The notes below the pieces were generated by a model. That model saw only the letters and a list, made by a program, of their open reading frames with translations. It made no database searches and was not told the DNA's origin. From positions 1,312,001 through 1,376,000 of the forward strand of contig CM000207.1 of assembly GCA_000002445.1 (NCBI GenBank): a DNA stretch of 64,000 nucleotides, given 5' to 3'. Both the position numbers and the translations under genes were made by a program. The DNA is from Trypanosoma brucei (Eukaryota). Of the stretch, positions 62,101 to 64,000 are shown in pieces. The first letter of the stretch is position 1; each line of letters opens with the position of its first letter.

Positions 62101-62297
62101 GGTGCATTTTTGTCCTTTAGACAGATGGTTACCTCGGAAAAAATGGTTCGCAGTTTCTCCAAAAGAACAGATGGTGCAGTAACTGTATTGGTGAATACAA
62201 CGCGAGGCTGTGATTGGGTTGCAGCAACACTATTTATCATTCCCGACTTGGTATAGCCATTACCAGCACGTCCTCCGTTACTTCTTGCAGCTTTCAT
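59136..62297 (-). CDS. Hypothetical 1053-aa protein: N-terminal region, then a ~280-aa E/R/K-rich charged helix or coiled coil, then a ~600-aa alpha-helical C-terminal domain
   Basis: ATG confirmed at 62297-62295 (MKAARSNGGRAGNGY). The E/R/K-rich region runs from ~EEQQREEILAARHASALRSEERQRIAEEKRLEKIQEMKLKLEAAEERG... to ...KLEEQEQKIKEARQRKEREPD. The C-terminus has repeated amphipathic helices with conserved L/A/V spacing. Confidence 0.6.
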   Translation of the reverse strand: MKAARSNGGRAGNGYTKSGMINSVAATQSQPRVVFTNTVTAPSVLLEKLRTIFSEVTICLKDKNAPSSADDFINVVEDGLRALKVAKAAKCERVQREAEADTSNAKCPKPERSGTDEQEKPEREISGWLRAVKQSLVKNKKISPKPIADEEQQREEILAARHASALRSEERQRIAEEKRLEKIQEMKLKLEAAEERGALAKERRRQAEERLRIDTMERLESGARRVEEAREQTKERARRGISRVEEVRLNNELRHQAKVLLLDRKMSEVEHNQEQKREELQRLAQERNEAILAAAERRRSLGQERMERQRQREQQRRENLRRLEEQKKLEKDMKGQRAEEWEKKVQQRQRAASAEAEARSRKAEERIQQSAQLREEKITKLRQKLEEQEQKIKEARQRKEREPDTKLTIAELMPTIPREEGEEMEQKFLKVLSMITRQGRSFIDKYQRESLIDQKDLNRSKLKLTISRLGSGISPAPVTQVRQSLREILEAPDLGDTDHEYMRYFNAYENIIGVILESRRTNNMSVLRLAHEALLRFLADKNEGRKHIVSFVRSGNLAPLLQCISEEIKGLKRQSRSVPLDAMLEALHLCFEGVTSAVQADTSLSSVRELLLSSFDSTNIEKYCIAVVKVCSDEEDLDVAHSATRILSSKISILNRRKGGCPIALVQEAASSFFALLQNILTPNGCSLSELSPVLSARRVTVVCVAFNALNCLARWNLETLQELLHDSPTNKRTGAHSGSNTIPTESSNTFTRTELFHMLNGFFTYVQSHTDSLEAIKEENPARGAVGGSFEEALKFGVSAEQMPLLARTEAISCATSGKVSVTNRQQNNLRGALHECLLLIGYLSIQDPEIQDIFAWGKGKSLLSKILSTMPFQYFTTGRHIFYPTLLTILVDSGDNVTLAKEEMDTRSLLEFIREEYQSLPKKSKLHALQRYNELRSEALANKERAATEAAKNAQPTSWADLLGGDDDEFLILAQKQMELKPLETKPVETRHPLWTPEKERFAKALKNQALTPSGYFKIEKRLPITLWPTVIDQLAVVAGEEREGLIDSAV

Positions 62298-62553
62298 TGG
62301 TACCCTACCTCAAGAAAAAAAAAATATGGCAAATAACAGGAGTAGGATAAAACGAAGGTCAACATATGATGGCCAACGCAAAACAACAGCACATTTCAGG
62401 GATCAAAAAAGGAGGGAAATGAGGAAGTAACTGAAAAACTGGCACCCACGAACCTCTATATCAAACAAAAAAAAATTACACAAAGATAATCAGAATAACA
62501 AATAAGCAAAAAGTAGGTAACCAAAGTGTCCTATGGTATACTAAATTTTTTTT

Positions 62554-63684
62554 TCAAAAGCATTTGCTGTGTACGATGCTGGGTCCCGACTCGTCGTATT
62601 CACTCTTCGTTATCCACATCGACTGGAAGGTTGTTAGTGATGAGAGGATGGAACCGCCAATCCACACGCTATACTTGCGCTCCGGTGGTGCCACAACCTT
62701 AGGCTTGATCGATGACGGTGCAAGATTGCTGATCTCCTTTCCAAGTCGCTCAGGTAGGTTCTTGAACATCGTGGTACCGCCAGAGAGCACAATGTTGCCG
62801 TAGAGATCACGACGCACGTCAATGTCACACTTGTTGATGGACTGAAAGGTCATCTCATGGAACCCAGGAGCCTCATCAAGTCCAATGAGAGCAGGCTTAA
62901 ACAATGCCTCGGGACAGCGGAAACGCTGGTTCCCCACCTGCATAACATTGCCATCAGGAAGTTCGAACGGTTCTTCGCTGACAGATTTAGCACTGTTCGT
63001 CATCTCTTCGTCGAAGTCCAGTGCAACGTAGCATAATTGTTCCTTAATATTCCGCACGATTTCCTTCTCAGCGGAGGTGGTGAACGTCATACCAGTCTCC
63101 ATTAGGATCTTCATGAGATATTCCGTCAGGTCACGACCAGCCATGTCCACACGACGGATGGCATGAGGAAGAGAATAACCCTCATATATGGGCACAGTAT
63201 GTGTCACACCGTCACCAGCGTCGAGAACAATGCCAGTGGTACGGCCAGAAGAATACAGTGACAACACCGCCTGTATTCCGACGTACATGGCAGGTACACC
63301 AAATGTTTCAAACATAATCTGCGTCATTTTCTCACGGTTTTGCTTGGGGTTCATAGGCGCCTCAGTCAGTAGCACGTTGTGTGACTCAGGGTTGACGCGC
63401 AACTCGTTATAGAAGGTATGGTGCCAAACTTTTTCCATGTCATCCCAATTGGTCACAATTCCGTGCTCAATGGGGTACTTCAGCGCAAGCACACCACGTT
63501 TCGCCTGAGCTTCATCACCAACAAACAGTTTCTTGTTTGCACTTCCCATCATCGCTTGCTCATTTTTGGGGCGGCCGACGATGGATGGAAATACGTGGCG
63601 AGGAGCATCATCTCCGGAGAAACCCGACTTCACCATACCCGAGCCATTGTCACAAACTATAGCAGTTTGTTCCTCGTCCGACAT
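62554..63684 (-). CDS. ACT: Actin
   Basis: [39 protein letters not shown]...[51 protein letters not shown]...IVHSKCF is canonical actin throughout (376 aa). The track ORF begins 28 codons upstream inside a poly-T tract (MFFFF). ATG is at 63684-63682. Confidence 0.95.
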   Translation of the reverse strand: MSDEEQTAIVCDNGSGMVKSGFSGDDAPRHVFPSIVGRPKNEQAMMGSANKKLFVGDEAQAKRGVLALKYPIEHGIVTNWDDMEKVWHHTFYNELRVNPESHNVLLTEAPMNPKQNREKMTQIMFETFGVPAMYVGIQAVLSLYSSGRTTGIVLDAGDGVTHTVPIYEGYSLPHAIRRVDMAGRDLTEYLMKILMETGMTFTTSAEKEIVRNIKEQLCYVALDFDEEMTNSAKSVSEEPFELPDGNVMQVGNQRFRCPEALFKPALIGLDEAPGFHEMTFQSINKCDIDVRRDLYGNIVLSGGTTMFKNLPERLGKEISNLAPSSIKPKVVAPPERKYSVWIGGSILSSLTTFQSMWITKSEYDESGPSIVHSKCF

Positions 63685-64000
63685 TATTTTATGGCAGTAA
63701 CGAGACCTTACGTAAAGCAAAACTAAATAAGAGCGGAGACTGCAATGCAGAGTAAAAAAAAAAAACATGAATTTCAGAAGACCTTGCTGTGCAATGCTGC
63801 ATAGATAACAAACGCATCAAACACAACTGGTGGCACTATTTCAATCATGTCGACACACCAAGGCGAGAAAATTTGAGTTAAACAAGATGCCTACAACCCT
63901 ATATTTATTATCTTCAAGTGATCTTCTCTCCTCTTGTGCGCTGTACGTAAATGTGTTGCATATAAGGCATAGGGCTGAGTACAGGCACCACGCGCGAGGA

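Noticed and set aside
1-64000. Search for a prokaryotic-style defence or novel multi-gene system (CRISPR arrays, toxin-antitoxin pairs, restriction-modification, phage-defence islands)
   Set aside because: The sequence is eukaryotic kinetoplastid. There are no direct-repeat arrays beyond simple microsatellites and no prokaryotic gene signatures. Every recognisable gene is a eukaryotic housekeeping or organellar protein.

Overview
This window reads as a nuclear chromosomal segment of a kinetoplastid (Trypanosoma, T. brucei-group-like), not a prokaryotic locus. About 29 intron-less protein-coding genes all lie on the minus strand, which is the pattern of a single polycistronic transcription unit with no strand-switch region. 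Intergenic regions contain oligo-pyrimidine tracts on the transcribed strand upstream of ORFs, as expected for trans-splicing, plus many (CA)n and (TA)n microsatellites. Genes recognisable from motifs are: a glycosomal fructose-1,6-bisphosphatase ending in SKL; actin; a PTB/hnRNP-L-type RRM protein (DRBD3/PTB1-like); ribosomal protein L10 (uL16); UMP-CMP kinase; a mitochondrial type-I DnaJ; SCO1; a twin-Cx9C protein; a CLC chloride channel with CBS domains; a class-II CCA-adding tRNA nucleotidyltransferase; a RING-H2 protein; an Elongin C-like protein; an RRP36-like protein; a TCF25/Rqc1-like protein; and a SET-domain-like protein. The rest are long coiled-coil or low-complexity hypothetical proteins, including a ~2,300-aa giant ORF. 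I saw no rRNA or tRNA genes, no CRISPR array, no obvious mobile element and no prokaryotic defence system. Several start sites in the supplied ORF track rest on non-ATG codons (GTG/TTG translated as M), so I moved them to the first in-frame ATG after reading the DNA. A 5'-partial minus-strand CDS at 1..1216 runs off the window edge and is absent from the track. Placing the DRBD3/actin neighbourhood on T. brucei chromosome 9 is from memory only and is unverified.
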